A stretch of DNA of 64,000 nt from Lama glama. Lineage: Eukaryota. Below the pieces are notes generated by a model, which did not search any database, was not told the origin of the DNA, and was given only the letters and a program-made list of their open reading frames with translations. Positions 39,691-52,700 of this stretch are shown piece after piece. The stretch covers positions 87,174,001 through 87,238,000 of the forward strand of contig CM052817.1 in the NCBI GenBank assembly GCA_028534125.1. Direction: 5' to 3'. The translations under genes and the position numbers were made by a program. Numbering within the stretch: position 1 is the first letter of the stretch; every line of letters starts with the position of its first letter.

Positions 39691-40589
39691 GGTTATTTTC
39701 CTACAGAAACTATAATATAGTAGATTGGCCTTTGTTTTGTTCCTATTTAGTGATGATCTCAATAGATTCAGAAGGAGTATTTGGAAAAAAATGCAACATC
39801 AATTCCTGTTGAAAAGTTTTAGGAAATAAAAATAAAAGGGAACACCCTCAAATTGATAAAGAGAATCCATGAAAAATTACATTATACGACTGGAAAACAA
39901 AGATATCTGTTCACACAACTTCTACTCAACATCGTCCTGAAATTTCTGGCCAGGAAATCAGGAAAGAAAAATAAATCCAGATTGGAAAGAAAGCAATGGA
40001 ATTCTTTTTATTCGCAGATAACATCACTGTCCATGTATAAAAATCAATTCAATCTAAAAAATAAGCTACTGAACTAATAAATGAATTTAGTGAGTTTGCA
40101 GAACATGAGGTCAATATGCAAAAGTATATGACATTTTTGTATTCAATCAATGAACAAATTTTTTAAAAAATTCCATTTATTCAAGGATAATTCTGGTAAA
40201 AGATGGAAAAGACCTGTACAATAAAAATTACAAAACCCTGGTGAGAGAAATTAAAGAAAACCTAAGTAATTGGAGTGATATAGATGAGTCAGAAGGCTCA
40301 ATATTGTTTAGATGCTAACTATATGCAAACTTATCTATAATGTACAATGTCATTCCAATCAAAATCTCAGAAAGCTTTTTTGTAAAAATTGCACATTGCA
40401 TGATGAATCCAAAATTAATGTGAAAATTCAAAGGATGTAGAATAGTCAGCACAATTTAAAAAGAAAAACAAAGTTTGAAGATTCACTGACTTGACTTTAC
40501 TTACGGTAAAGCTTCTATAATCAAATCATTGCAGTGTGGGCATAGAGATAAACAAATAGATTAATGTAAACAAATAGAGTCCAAAAATT

Positions 40590-40592
<3 letters not shown>

Positions 40593-40631
<39 letters not shown>
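40593..40631. repeat. (AT)n microsatellite inside L1
   Basis: Direct reading. Confidence 0.95.
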
Positions 40632-40633
<2 letters not shown>

Positions 40634-40756
40634 CAATCTTATTTTTGATGAAGTTGCAAATGCAATTCAGTAGAGAAAGGATATCTTTTCGTCAATAGGA
40701 CTAAAACATTTGAATATCCTTTGCAAAATGATGAACTTGAAAGACCACTGCACACT

Positions 40757-40980
40757 GATCATACCCTTGAACAAAGTGAGGGTTAGTGGAGCAAAACTTA
40801 CAGTATGCCCTCCATATCCCAGGTTCTTCGACCTAAGAGGTTCGTCTGTATCCGTGATTCCAAATAGCTAGATTCAACCAATCACGATTACATAGTACTG
40901 GGTAATAGCTATCTATTTTTAAAAATCCCTGTATAAGTGGACCTGCTGACTTCAAACCAGTGTTGCTCAAGGGTCAACTG
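40757..40980 (-). mobile_element. Tigger2-family MITE nested in L1
   Basis: Inverted termini cccttgaacaa and gttgctcaagggtcaactg; internal gtataagtggacctg...ttcaaacc. Confidence 0.82.
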
Positions 40981-43900
40981 TGTATACAAAAATGAACTCA
41001 AAATGGATCATAGAATTAAATGTAAAAGCTAAAACTATAAATTTCTAGTGAAAAACAGGAGATACTATTTATAACCTTAAATTAGCAAATAATTCTTTCA
41101 TACAACAGCAACAACTCAAATCTATAAAATAATGAATTGATAAAATAAATTTTATCAAATTAAAATTTTAGTTCTTCAAATAATAATATGAAGAAAATTA
41201 AGCTTTCCATAGATTGGAGGAAAATATTTGCAAATCACTTGTATTTATAAAGTACTTACATTAAAAATAAAGATTCTCAAAACTCAGTAACATGAAAACA
41301 GCCCAATAAAAATTAGACAAAATATTTGAACAGAAATTTTATCAAAGAAGATATGTGAATACAAATACACATTTGAAAAGATGTTGAACATCAGTAGTCA
41401 TTAGGAAAATGTAAATTAAACCTAAAATGACATGTCATTACACACCTAAATGACTAAATTAATGACTAAAATTAAAAACAAAATAAAATATAAATCAGCT
41501 GATCATTTCAAACACTGACAAGCATGTGGAAAAACTGGCAGTCTCATATCTTGCTGGTTTGACTATAAAATGGTACAACTACTTTGAAAAACATTTCCTT
41601 AAAATATTAAACAAACACATATCTATTATATGTTCCAGTCATTTCATCCCTAGGTATTTACCCAGGATAAAAGAAAGTAAATGTTCATACAAAGACTTGG
41701 ATGTGAATTTTTATAGTAGCTATATGTGTAATAATTCCAGATGGAAACTACTCAGATTTCCACCAATAGGGGGGTGAATAAACAAATTGTGGTTTAACCA
41801 AACAATAGACTATGACTCAGCAATAAAAAGTGAGTGAATTATAGGTACATATAACAACATGGATGAAATAAAATAATTATGCTGCACTGAAAAAATTCTG
41901 ACAAAAAGTACATATGCTATAATTTCATTTCCTCAAAACTCCAGAAAAAAAAATCAATCTATAATGGAAGGAAGCATGTCCATGGTTGCATGAGGAAGGG
42001 GATGAGGAGAGGTTCAAGAGGAAGCAGATTTCAAAAAGCCATGTGGACTTTTCAGGAGGCAAAGCGTAGATTCAATTCTCTTAAATTGTTTCAAGAATAT
42101 ATTCATATTTCAAGTGTATCAAATTATAAATTTTAAGCATGCTCTGTATTATATGTCAGTTATGCCTTAAAGTTGTGGAAATTAAAAATATATATATATG
42201 GGAATGTTATGAGCTTTTTGCAAAGTAAAACTATACACATTGAAAAATATTTCTAGGTTATTTTCAGATTCAATTTGTATATTATGGGATCCTAGAAAAG
42301 TTCATAAAAGTCTCCATTTTACCACAATATTTTAAAATAGGAACTCACTGAAATCAGTAAGCAAGCTGTACATTCTACTTAAGGAAGCAATTCATTGCAG
42401 CAGTTCTCCTTGCCTTGACTGGTGATTTTATGATGTGGTCTGAAACCAGAATGCATAGACTTGCTGCTGTTTCTCTCAACATCTTTTCATTTTAGGTACT
42501 TCAAGAAATGGCCCCAGTGTATCCCCTTACTAATACCTGAACGTTATGTTTTTCTCCCTAGGCTTGGTTCTGTCCTGTAATTCCATTCTTTGTACCTATT
42601 CAGAATTGATACCTAGTTTGTTTACGTAAGGAAATTGAAATGTGAAACATTGGCCTTATACATTACAAGTGTTTTACCATTAGTGTTTAATATATAGTAA
42701 TTATAGAAATCATTGCTGATAGGCTGATTTTATGTGTATATATATATAGCCTACTTGCATTTAACTTTTTATTAAGCAAAGTAAATAATGTAGGTCATTC
42801 AATTATTTAGCAATTGTTTTCTGAGTTTCTGCTGTAAATCTGATCATGCCATTATCTCTAGAGATTCAAAGATAAATTGAATAAATGTCCTGTTCTTTTA
42901 AGCCCACGTGTTAAATATTTGATGAGCTTCCAACTGAAGATTTGCAATTTATATAGCAATAACTTTTTAAAATATAGCATAACTTTTTGTGTACATCATT
43001 ATGTTTTACTGAGTAGATGTTTATTCATTATGTATAATCTCACAGATACCACCAGAAGTCATGTTCTGTCCTGGTGAAAAGAGTTACTGCAAAATTTATG
43101 ACTTCTTTGAGTAGGGCTAATGAAAGATAACTGAATTAGTTATTTTCCAAAATATAAGATATTTCAAAGTTTGCTGTGTGACATAAAAAGAAATATACCT
43201 CAAAGATGAGAAAAATTAATCAGAACACTTAAATTTGGCCATTTTTAATTTTAACCTACTAACTCATTTATTTGGATATATGACAATTGGAGCATTAATT
43301 TCAAATTCTTCATTGCCTATGTTCAAGCAACATTTCTGAATCAAATCTCCATGACTGCCAGAGCCACATTCTCAGGAGAGTCTATTTCACTTTGGCTCTA
43401 ATTACAGCAAAATGGAGGTAAAGAATAGTATGAGATCAGCAGTGCAGTATTATTTGGAAATGTTCGGCCTAGTTACTTGGGAGGCACCCCAGATTTGCCT
43501 GCTAACAGATTTATGACAGGTTCTCAATTGCCTGAAGCAGCCTCAGTGGTTGGTTTCATTCCATTATAACTCCAAAGGACTATGATTGTTGATCTAGTAA
43601 ATTGAAGTGGGACAACTTTGCAGCTTTTTTCCTAATGAAAATTATTTAACATATGTGTAATCTGCCACAGGGTAAGTACCCATTTAAAGTTTTATAAAGA
43701 TTTAATTTGTCTAGGATCACATACCTAAATTTAAGCACCAGGTTGAGCTGAAATCATATATAAAAATTATATATACATATATATATCATGTAGTATGTAT
43801 CATGCATTATATAAATATATAGCATTGCATCAGTGAAAATGATAGAATAAGTAGAAATATATTGTTATTGTATGAATGAAAATATCATCAGTACTGGTAA

Positions 43901-44369
43901 GGCATATTTATGAGTTAATATCTTATCTCTGATTGAAATTTATGTTTACCCTACCTCTTATGCAGCATCTGAGTTAGATCACAGGTAGATCTGAAACTAG
44001 AAGTAAATTTTCTTTGCATATGTACAGCAAAGCGTTTTCATGAAAAGTGACTTAGAAAATGATGATAATGTTCTCAGGTATATTACATATATTTATTTAT
44101 AATATAAGTAATTTTGAATAAAAAATAATCTACCTTTTCATATTTGGAAATTATCAAGTTAGTTCTGCCTGTAATCTAGATTTCTAAGAAAATTTATGTT
44201 AAAATGTTATTACTTGAATATTTCTTTATTTGTATTTTATTAATCAATCTTGAATATCATATCATTTAAAGCATCACTGTGCCTTCACATTATCTTCACC
44301 TTTAGTTTTTATTTGGTGAGTACTTAAGACATATTTATGTAGTTTGCACCTGTTTTCTCTTATGTTTGA

Positions 44370-44942
44370 AAATGTAACTGGGATCAGCGCTGCCTCAGCC
44401 AGCTGATCAAGGTCAACATCCACAGGGGTCAATCAGGTTCATAGCATGTACCCTTGAAATGATACGATAAAAATGGCGTTTTACCTCTGTGGTCTTCCTC
44501 CTTAAAACACAGAGCCCAGGCTTGTCATGAGAATGACATTAGACATAAACCAGTATTGAGGTATTGTACAAAATGTCTGACCTATACTTCTCAAAACCAT
44601 TAAGACCATTAAAAACAAAACAAACCTTAAAAAGGATCACAGTTGAGAAGATCCTACGGAGACATGACAGTAAAATGTAACTTAGTGACCTGGATGGAAT
44701 GTGCTGGAATAGAAAAAGGACTTTAGGTAAAAACTAAGGAAATTCTGAATAAATTCTGAATAAATTATTGACTTTAGTTAATAATAGTGTATTGATATTG
44801 GTTCATTAAATATAACGAAGGTACCATATGAATGTAAGATGTTAATAGAGTAACTGAGTCTGGGGTATATAGGAACTGTCTGTAGTGTCTTTGTAATATT
44901 TCTTTAACCTAAAACCCCTAAAACAAAAATTTATTTAAAAGT
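44370..44942 (+). mobile_element. L1MC1/2-like 3'UTR
   Basis: tgatcaaggtcaacatc...tttacctctgtggtcttcctcc...ggactttaggtaaaaactaagg...gactttagttaataatagtgtattgatattggttcatt. Confidence 0.85.
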
Positions 44943-45892
44943 CAGTAACAAAGACTGATTAATTTTATTTATTGGTTATCACCATGACATAAACAGAAGA
45001 CAAAAACATCATGGGAAAATAAAATATAGAATTATTTAAATAGTTTTATTTCATTAAATTTAACTTAGATTGCTTCATCATATACTTTTAAGAAACTTAT
45101 TTATACTCAGGGTGACTGGAATAGAGAACACACAAAGCCAATGCCTTTATAGCTATACTGTAAAAATTTGATTATATTTTTATGTGACTTATACTGCTAT
45201 CTGTAAATATACTCTGACAATTTTATATCAGTTCTAATACAGTAGCAGATATTTTTAAAGAAAAAACCATATTTCCCCTTCATATAACAAATGTCACCTA
45301 TACATCACTCAACTCTGAATAATCCTAATTTATAATTCTATATTAGGGGGCAATATCTTTTTATAACCACTGCTAGTGATTAACTTTTGTTGTAAATCAC
45401 AAATATTCTTCTGTCCTTGTAATTTCTTTGTTAGAAATTTGACTAACAATAGATGCTTTAAAAACAGATGCTGCTTCTATTTTTCAATGTTATATGTCTA
45501 TTGAACACTATCAATTAATAGAAATTATAAATATTAGAGATGATCTCTTGGGCAAGTCATACTGTGGATATCTATAATAAAAATCACCTCTTAGAACTAA
45601 TAAGCTGCAAGTTACTCAACATTCGAGCATTGATAGATACATTTTAAAAAATCACAGAAACTGATTACAAATTTTGAAATTAAAATGCTGTATAAAATTT
45701 CAGTTATAAGGTCCAATGGGAAATTTTCTATAAATCTACCAACATATCTTTGAATCCCAAATCTATGTATATTTTGGCCTCTTCTTGGGTGAGAGGAAAG
45801 AAAAAAAAGCATACATGCTACAACTGTGGAAAACCTAGCCTTGTATAAATTCAAGGGATTTTAATGTTGAAACAAATACAATTTCCCAAAAC

Positions 45893-46085
45893 AGGTATGT
45901 TCAGTGGAACTTTGTGTGGTGATAACAGTTTTCTGCCCCATGTAATTGCTTGAAATTACATGGTATGACTGGTATGAAATTACTGATGTGACTTGAGGGT
46001 CTTAATTTTTATTTACTTTAACTTAGATTTTAATTTAAATGGTCATATGTAACTAATGGCTAATCTATCGAACGAAGAAGCCTAA
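45893..46085. mobile_element. hAT-Charlie MITE (MER3/MER33-like)
   Basis: gtggaactttgtgtggtgat...taatttttattt...tttaatttaaatggtcatatgtaactaatggcta. Confidence 0.65.
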
Positions 46086-46113
46086 GGCAATGGACTATAG
46101 TTTTTTTTCCCCC

Positions 46114-46613
46114 NNNNNNNNNNNNNNNNNNNNNNNNNNNNNNNNNNNNNNNNNNNNNNNNNNNNNNNNNNNNNNNNNNNNNNNNNNNNNNNNNNNNNNN
46201 NNNNNNNNNNNNNNNNNNNNNNNNNNNNNNNNNNNNNNNNNNNNNNNNNNNNNNNNNNNNNNNNNNNNNNNNNNNNNNNNNNNNNNNNNNNNNNNNNNNN
46301 NNNNNNNNNNNNNNNNNNNNNNNNNNNNNNNNNNNNNNNNNNNNNNNNNNNNNNNNNNNNNNNNNNNNNNNNNNNNNNNNNNNNNNNNNNNNNNNNNNNN
46401 NNNNNNNNNNNNNNNNNNNNNNNNNNNNNNNNNNNNNNNNNNNNNNNNNNNNNNNNNNNNNNNNNNNNNNNNNNNNNNNNNNNNNNNNNNNNNNNNNNNN
46501 NNNNNNNNNNNNNNNNNNNNNNNNNNNNNNNNNNNNNNNNNNNNNNNNNNNNNNNNNNNNNNNNNNNNNNNNNNNNNNNNNNNNNNNNNNNNNNNNNNNN
46601 NNNNNNNNNNNNN
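46114..46613. other. Assembly gap (500 N)
   Basis: Run of N. Confidence 1.
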
Positions 46614-46760
46614 TATTTTTCAGTTATACATGAACATATATATATTCATTGTCACATTTTTTTCTCTGTGAGCTACCACAAGATCTTGTATATATTTCCC
46701 TGTGCTATACAGTATAATTTTGTTTATCTGTTCTACATTTTAAAATCCCAATCTGTCCCT
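46614..46760 (-). mobile_element. Young L1 3'UTR fragment abutting the gap
   Basis: Antisense homolog of ~7310-7455. Confidence 0.9.
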
Positions 46761-48239
46761 TAATTTCATACCTTGATTAAGGGATCTACCCAGACACCAA
46801 TATTATCACTTTGTTTGGCACCCTATTAGGCAGTTGGCCAAGGTGAAATATATACTTTTATTTTGTCAAATGGGAAAAGAGAGAAAGGACAAGTCTGAGA
46901 AAGAAAAACAACAACAACAACAACAAAACAAAACAGTGTGGTATTTCCATTCCAGTTGCGTTCCCAGACCACTTTTAGAAAAGCATATATAGAAGTGGAA
47001 GTCTGGAAAGTAATGCCCTATAGATAATATATGTCCATGAAACCTTTAAAACTCATTGCGTATATCTCCAGTATTACAAAGTTTCTGTCTGAAGACTATT
47101 GATAGGTGGTATTATTAGAAATAGGAAACATTCTGACCTTTGATGGTAAGATACATGAAAACCGTTTTGTCTACATTTTCCACATTAAAGAAAAAACTCA
47201 TGCTTAAACCAAAGAAAGTTTGCATTAATTTACAAACATTTGAGCACTTGTGGTGATAGAGCTGTACTTGCTGTTTTAAAACTGATAAAGTCACTACTAC
47301 TCCCTATAACAAAAGGAATTTAAAGCATAATTAATACCTCATTTCTAAATTTTAAATATAAATTAAATTTAGCATATGTCAGATATGCATTTAGATAAGT
47401 ATAAAATCTCAGAGAAGGAATATAGTTATAGTTTTTTCTAGTTGCAAAACTGATGCAACTAAAGGCATAACTGAGTTTGTTAAACATTAAATGCACTTTT
47501 CAAGAAAGTGTATTATGTAAACTTAATTGTCCCCCATAATATATTTTTTAAGTTTTCATATTCTTAACTTATAATTGTATCAAAATTAAAATGTTAGCAA
47601 TTTACTTACTACCCATTCTTTGAACATTAACAATCTTTTGATTTGAAAGTAAAATGCACTTACTACTTTTTGCAATTATTTTTGGAAAAAGTTTCTGCTT
47701 ATCTATACTTCTACCACTTCAACAGAAAGGAAATCTCTCCTGATTCTTTTTATTTTTTTTTACTTGGAGTACCATAAATTATTTTCCTTTCTATTCTCAA
47801 CAACAACAAAAGATAAAAATTGCAAGCTATCATCAACCTTTCATCTAAATCTTGGAACTATTTCATCATTGCCAAACTGCAAACTTAAAGAAAGTTGTTC
47901 CTTTTCCTTTCCATTGATTTTTAAAGGTGATTGAATTCGAGAATTGCTAGTGTGGATAATCCAAGCCCGCTACACAAAATCTTATATTTGTATTCAATTG
48001 CTTCTTGCTGCTTCTCTCATCATACCATTCCTTCTTATTTAACCCAACCACAGGTTATGTTTAATTTGAAGAAAGATCAAGGCATTTTTCATTGAGGAAT
48101 CTAGACAAAGCATCTATCTGTACATAGTATAATGGATTTTAATAATGAATTTTCTCAGGTCAGCAATGCAAACCATTGGTATCTGTCTACACTGTATCTC
48201 AAAAACTATATAAGTAGTGACTACTGTGGGAAGTATCTC

Positions 48240-48441
48240 TTTATGCTTTTTCTGAAGGCCTTCAGCTCATTGGATGCATCTCACCCACATTACCAAGGGC
48301 AGTCTGCTTTACTCAAAGCCCACTAATTTGAACATTAATCTCATTAAAAAAATACGTTCACATTAACATCTAAAATAATATTTGACCAAATATCTGGGTA
48401 CTGTGGCCAAGCCAAGTTGGCACATAAAATTAACCATCACA
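48240..48441 (-). mobile_element. MLT2 (ERVL) LTR, 5' part
   Basis: Reverse complement starts TGTGATGGTTAATTTTATGTGCCAACTTGG, the MLT2 terminus. Confidence 0.88.
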
Positions 48442-49478
48442 GGTTCTGTCATTTATTCTTTATCTCTCACTCTTAAGTTTAGAATTTTGTACTTATGATG
48501 TAAGTGTAAACACAATAGGTCATGTCAGTGTCAGGGATTCATCCAAAATTCCCAAAGTTTTATACACACACGTGTGTATATATACATATATGTATATATA
48601 TAATTTCATACAGATACTGAGTACTGCACAGTTTATATGCATTTTCGTTTTGAAAATGAAGGCAGTAAATATTTTTATTTCATATCATATCTTACTGGTC
48701 ACTCTATTAACCATGCATAAGAAAACAAGCACTCCTGATCAACATGAATGAATTTTGGCAACTCTGAAAAAACTGAAGAAAAATATATTTATTAGGATTT
48801 TGACTCTTATGCTGAGAGGATTCATATAACTTTGACCAAAACATTGCTTCTAGGTTCTGATGTAAGAAATGAAAAACAGTCATAATCAATGGCTTAGTAA
48901 CATTTGTATTTATACTGAATGACTGATTTAGTTGCCCTCTAGTGTTTATTTGTTGGCTCAGTAATACAGAGTTGGTGGATTCCTATATCCTTACAGTTGC
49001 CCAGGATAAAAGTTATTCCATTACAATCTGGTGATTATTTTATTCAATATTTCCCCCCATAGAATTTTACTGACTGCCCATACAAGGACAGATAATAGTG
49101 TCACATCTCATTTCTGTTGTGTTTATCAGGATGAATTATGTTGCCCATCTTTTCATCAGAGCACATTTTTTCAGTGAAGAATAAAATTCCTTGGGCCAGG
49201 GAGCAACAGGAGCATGTCCAGGGTCCGAAATGAGGATGGAGAATATATAATACAATAATGTGCTTCCTCATTACAGTCCTGCCTATAACTTTATCACAAT
49301 TCTTTTCCCAGTCTTTTTTTGTGTATAGTTACTTTCTTTATAGGACTATGAAAAGCAGACTCCACCAGATTCAGACTTTACACAAATTTTTATGAAGTCC
49401 TGCGCCTCTCAATAGACAAGGAGAAAACACATAATTTATAGGTGTATCTATGGAGCTGCGATAAACAAAGTGAAGGTA

Positions 49479-49522
49479 GTCCCTCCAGAAAACAAAACAA
49501 CAAAACAAAACAAAACAAACCT
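49479..49522 (+). mobile_element. Short retroposed insert, probably a truncated vic-1-like SINE 3' part
   Basis: GTCCCTCCAG(AAAAC)n AAACCT between perfect 12-bp repeats AAAGTGAAGGTA (49467-49478, 49523-49534). Confidence 0.7.
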
Positions 49523-52079
49523 AAAGTGAAGGTAATACTTAATAAAGCTCATGACAGTAATCTCTATAAATGATCATAAAATTAAGATCATCCATAAAAT
49601 TAAGGTCAAATTTTTCCCTCAGTTTTCTGACGGATATGTAATTGACCACATTGCCCTGAATTCATTCACTTGATAAGCAGAAATGTGTCTGTGTTCAATT
49701 ATGGGCCTTCATTTTCTGCCTGTATTTCATTTCTAGTGATGAGATAAACATTAGCTTCTATCCAAATTAATTATCTTTCGAAAAATTTATATTTGTGATT
49801 ATTTGTTGTATTTCTAGGATAAGAGGAGGCTAAGTTTAGAAATCACTTTACCTTTTCTCTACCAATACTCAAACTCAGACTCTTCCTCTAAGCCTCTGTG
49901 GGTTTATCTAACTGATGCATTCATCAATCTCAAATGTCATCATTGCAAAACGTCACAATTTTATGCTGTGTTGACTCGGGGCTCATAGTCTCTTCAAGGA
50001 GACAACTGAATTCCCAACATTAAATATTTATAATTAATATATGTGACTAATTCATGCTGAAGCTTGTTTCTTACTTGTTTACTCTGTTTTTCAAATTTTA
50101 TTTTTCCTTTTAAGTTACTTTTCACCTTTATTCTGCTTATCATTTTCTCTCAAATCACTTACTTTCACTTTTTTCTTTATTTTATTGACATAATCTGACT
50201 TTGAAAGTTCTCATTTACATTTTTCTTACTTCCTTTTTTTATTTCACAGGAACTAGGAAGTCCTACATATTTTCCCCCCAAAACCCTTTAATTGCAATGG
50301 GAAAGTCGCATGTAGCTAGCAGTGCTACCAGAAAGGTAACCCAGGAGAAAGCAATTCAACTTAAGTTTTAATTGATTCCATGAGGAAAGAAAGCAGTAGG
50401 TTTGCAGTTAAATACTTGAAACAATTTGTATATTTTATTGGGATAAAATATAGGATTAGTTGTCCAAGGCTTAATTTTATAGGAGCTGAAAATGGAAAAA
50501 GAGAAAATGATGGAGAGTAGCTTAAGAAGGTAGGTAAAACAGAATTTGCAAAAATATTCAAAGGTGCTTCATAAAATAGAACTAAAATTTTGCAAAGCCA
50601 CATATTCAAATACATATTCATTAAGACAGATTATATATATAAATATAATTAACCAGCCCCACCCAATTTCTCTTTCTACTTGCCCAATTAGCTCCACAAT
50701 TATGTAACTGTGGTGTCCTAAATCAAACTACTAACAAAATATTATTTCTCTCTTCTGTACCCTTCAATATATAGATGGCAAATGAAGCTTATTTCATGTG
50801 TGCATTGAATTATTGGATATTGACTTCTGGAGAGCTCTGCCTAGCAGAGACTCTGTCTGGGTTCAGGGACAGAACAATGAGTTGTGTCTTGAACTATGAG
50901 GGGGAGCGGGGACATACCACCTGCACCTACATTGACATTTTAGATATACATACTTTTCACATAGGAATTCAACTTATTATTTCATTTGTGATTCACAGTA
51001 GTATTTAGAAAATAGCTTTGAAATACGTTATAAATGACTAAAAAAGTACAAAATTTGAGTAAGAAAAAGTGGGAAAATAATAGATTATATAAAATTATTT
51101 TAAATATGATATTAAGATATGGGAAAGTGTATTTTTATATAATAAAGTCAAGTATATTCTGTAATGTTAACTATATTATTCATATGAAAGTTCATCTAAT
51201 TAAAGATGAAAAAGAACTGCTTTCAGTTGTGTGTAACTAAAAATTAACATAGCATATATAAAATACCTGTTTGTTGTTAAACATCCAATTAAAAAGTTTC
51301 GTATGTCCAAATATATATAAAATATAATATGTAGGTATGTACAGTGCATATATAGTTTGCAGCAGTTATCTGAAAATCTTTAAGGGAATTTTGTTAAATC
51401 TTTAATTGCCTGAGTTTTGTTCTTATATTTAAAAAGAAAGCTTCTTAGGAAAAAGGAACGTTAAATAATTTGGTATGTTTCTTCCATGTGTCTATAGACG
51501 CCAACATTCATTTGTGGAGTAAAATTAAAATTTTATATTTCTGACATTGCCCAACAAATTGAACTGCATATGCTTTTCAATGACTCATTTATAAAAGAGC
51601 TGATTTGATACTCATATCAAATGGAAGCAGGTCAGTGTTTCAATACGGGAAACCAAATCTAAACATAGCTCACTGAGATTTCTCTATTGAAAAGCCTCTG
51701 TTGTCCTTCAGCAAACCACTGAAGTGAATTTAGTGGCTGGGAAAACTGCCAGATAAACAAAAATACAAACCAAACTCCTTTAAACCATAAAATTACAACA
51801 TCAAAGGAAGCATAATTACCACTCTTCACATCCTGGTCCTGCTGGCTACTTCAATTCTGCCCTGACAGAGACTACGTTTTTTTGAAAGTGAGAAATCAGG
51901 CTTAATTTTGGTTTTAACAAAATCTAAATTCTTCTATACTGATACATGCAGATTAAATAGCCTTCTTTTTTACATTACATTTTTGTTATTAAAAACTAAT
52001 AATACTTCTTAAATTATCAACATATATGAACACTTATCACAAGCATACATGTATAAATATTTCCAATTAATAATAAAAT

Positions 52080-52700
52080 TAAAAAGCAACAATCTGCTTA
52101 CTGGTGAAAACCTAAAGGTACTGACATTACAATTAGAATAATGAAATGAGACCCTTCTTCACTCACAGTTTTAACATAAGTATAAACATAAAAATATAGT
52201 TAAGAAAGCATGACATCAATGATGGAAAAAAGAGTAAGAAAGCTCTTATGTGTAAAAGAATATATTTAAGTGGAAAAATACTAAAATTTATATATGTCCT
52301 ATATATAAAATTATTAAGTTTTGAGGTCATATAATAAAAAAAAGTTAATAGATTTAAAATAAAAACATTTCAAAATAAATTTTAAAATTGATCCATTCAA
52401 AGTGATGTTTCTCCTGCTTGCGCTCTCTATGAGTATGTATTTAACTTGCTACAAGTGGAAAGGCACAGGGTCTATATGAGGATAAGTAAAAACTACTGTT
52501 AAGACACCTTATTGAAGACTTTAAATAAAGGGACATGTAATGGATTCAAATATTTGATTTTATAAAGAAGTTAATTATCCTTACAATAAGAATCATGTAT
52601 TATTTAATCAAAACCAATCATATATCTCAACATTTTGAGGGGACTTGTGTACATGTATATCATAATTCAAAACCCTAGTTTATTTAAAAGATATAAATAC
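52080..52700 (+). mobile_element. Highly degenerate L1 ORF2 remnant
   Basis: cttactggtgaaaacctaaagg; gaagactttaaataaagggacatg...tggatt. Confidence 0.5.

Larger units (their letters stand above)
39750..42185 (+). mobile_element. Old L1 (L1MC/MD-like) ORF2 and 3' end
   Basis: Degenerate ORF2 fragments in the ORF track (39853..40077, 41526..41777); cattccaatcaaaatctcag; aactcaaaatggatcatagaattaaatgtaaaa. Confidence 0.9.

Noticed and set aside
46090..46671. 193-aa ORF
   Set aside because: Artefact of translating through the N gap.
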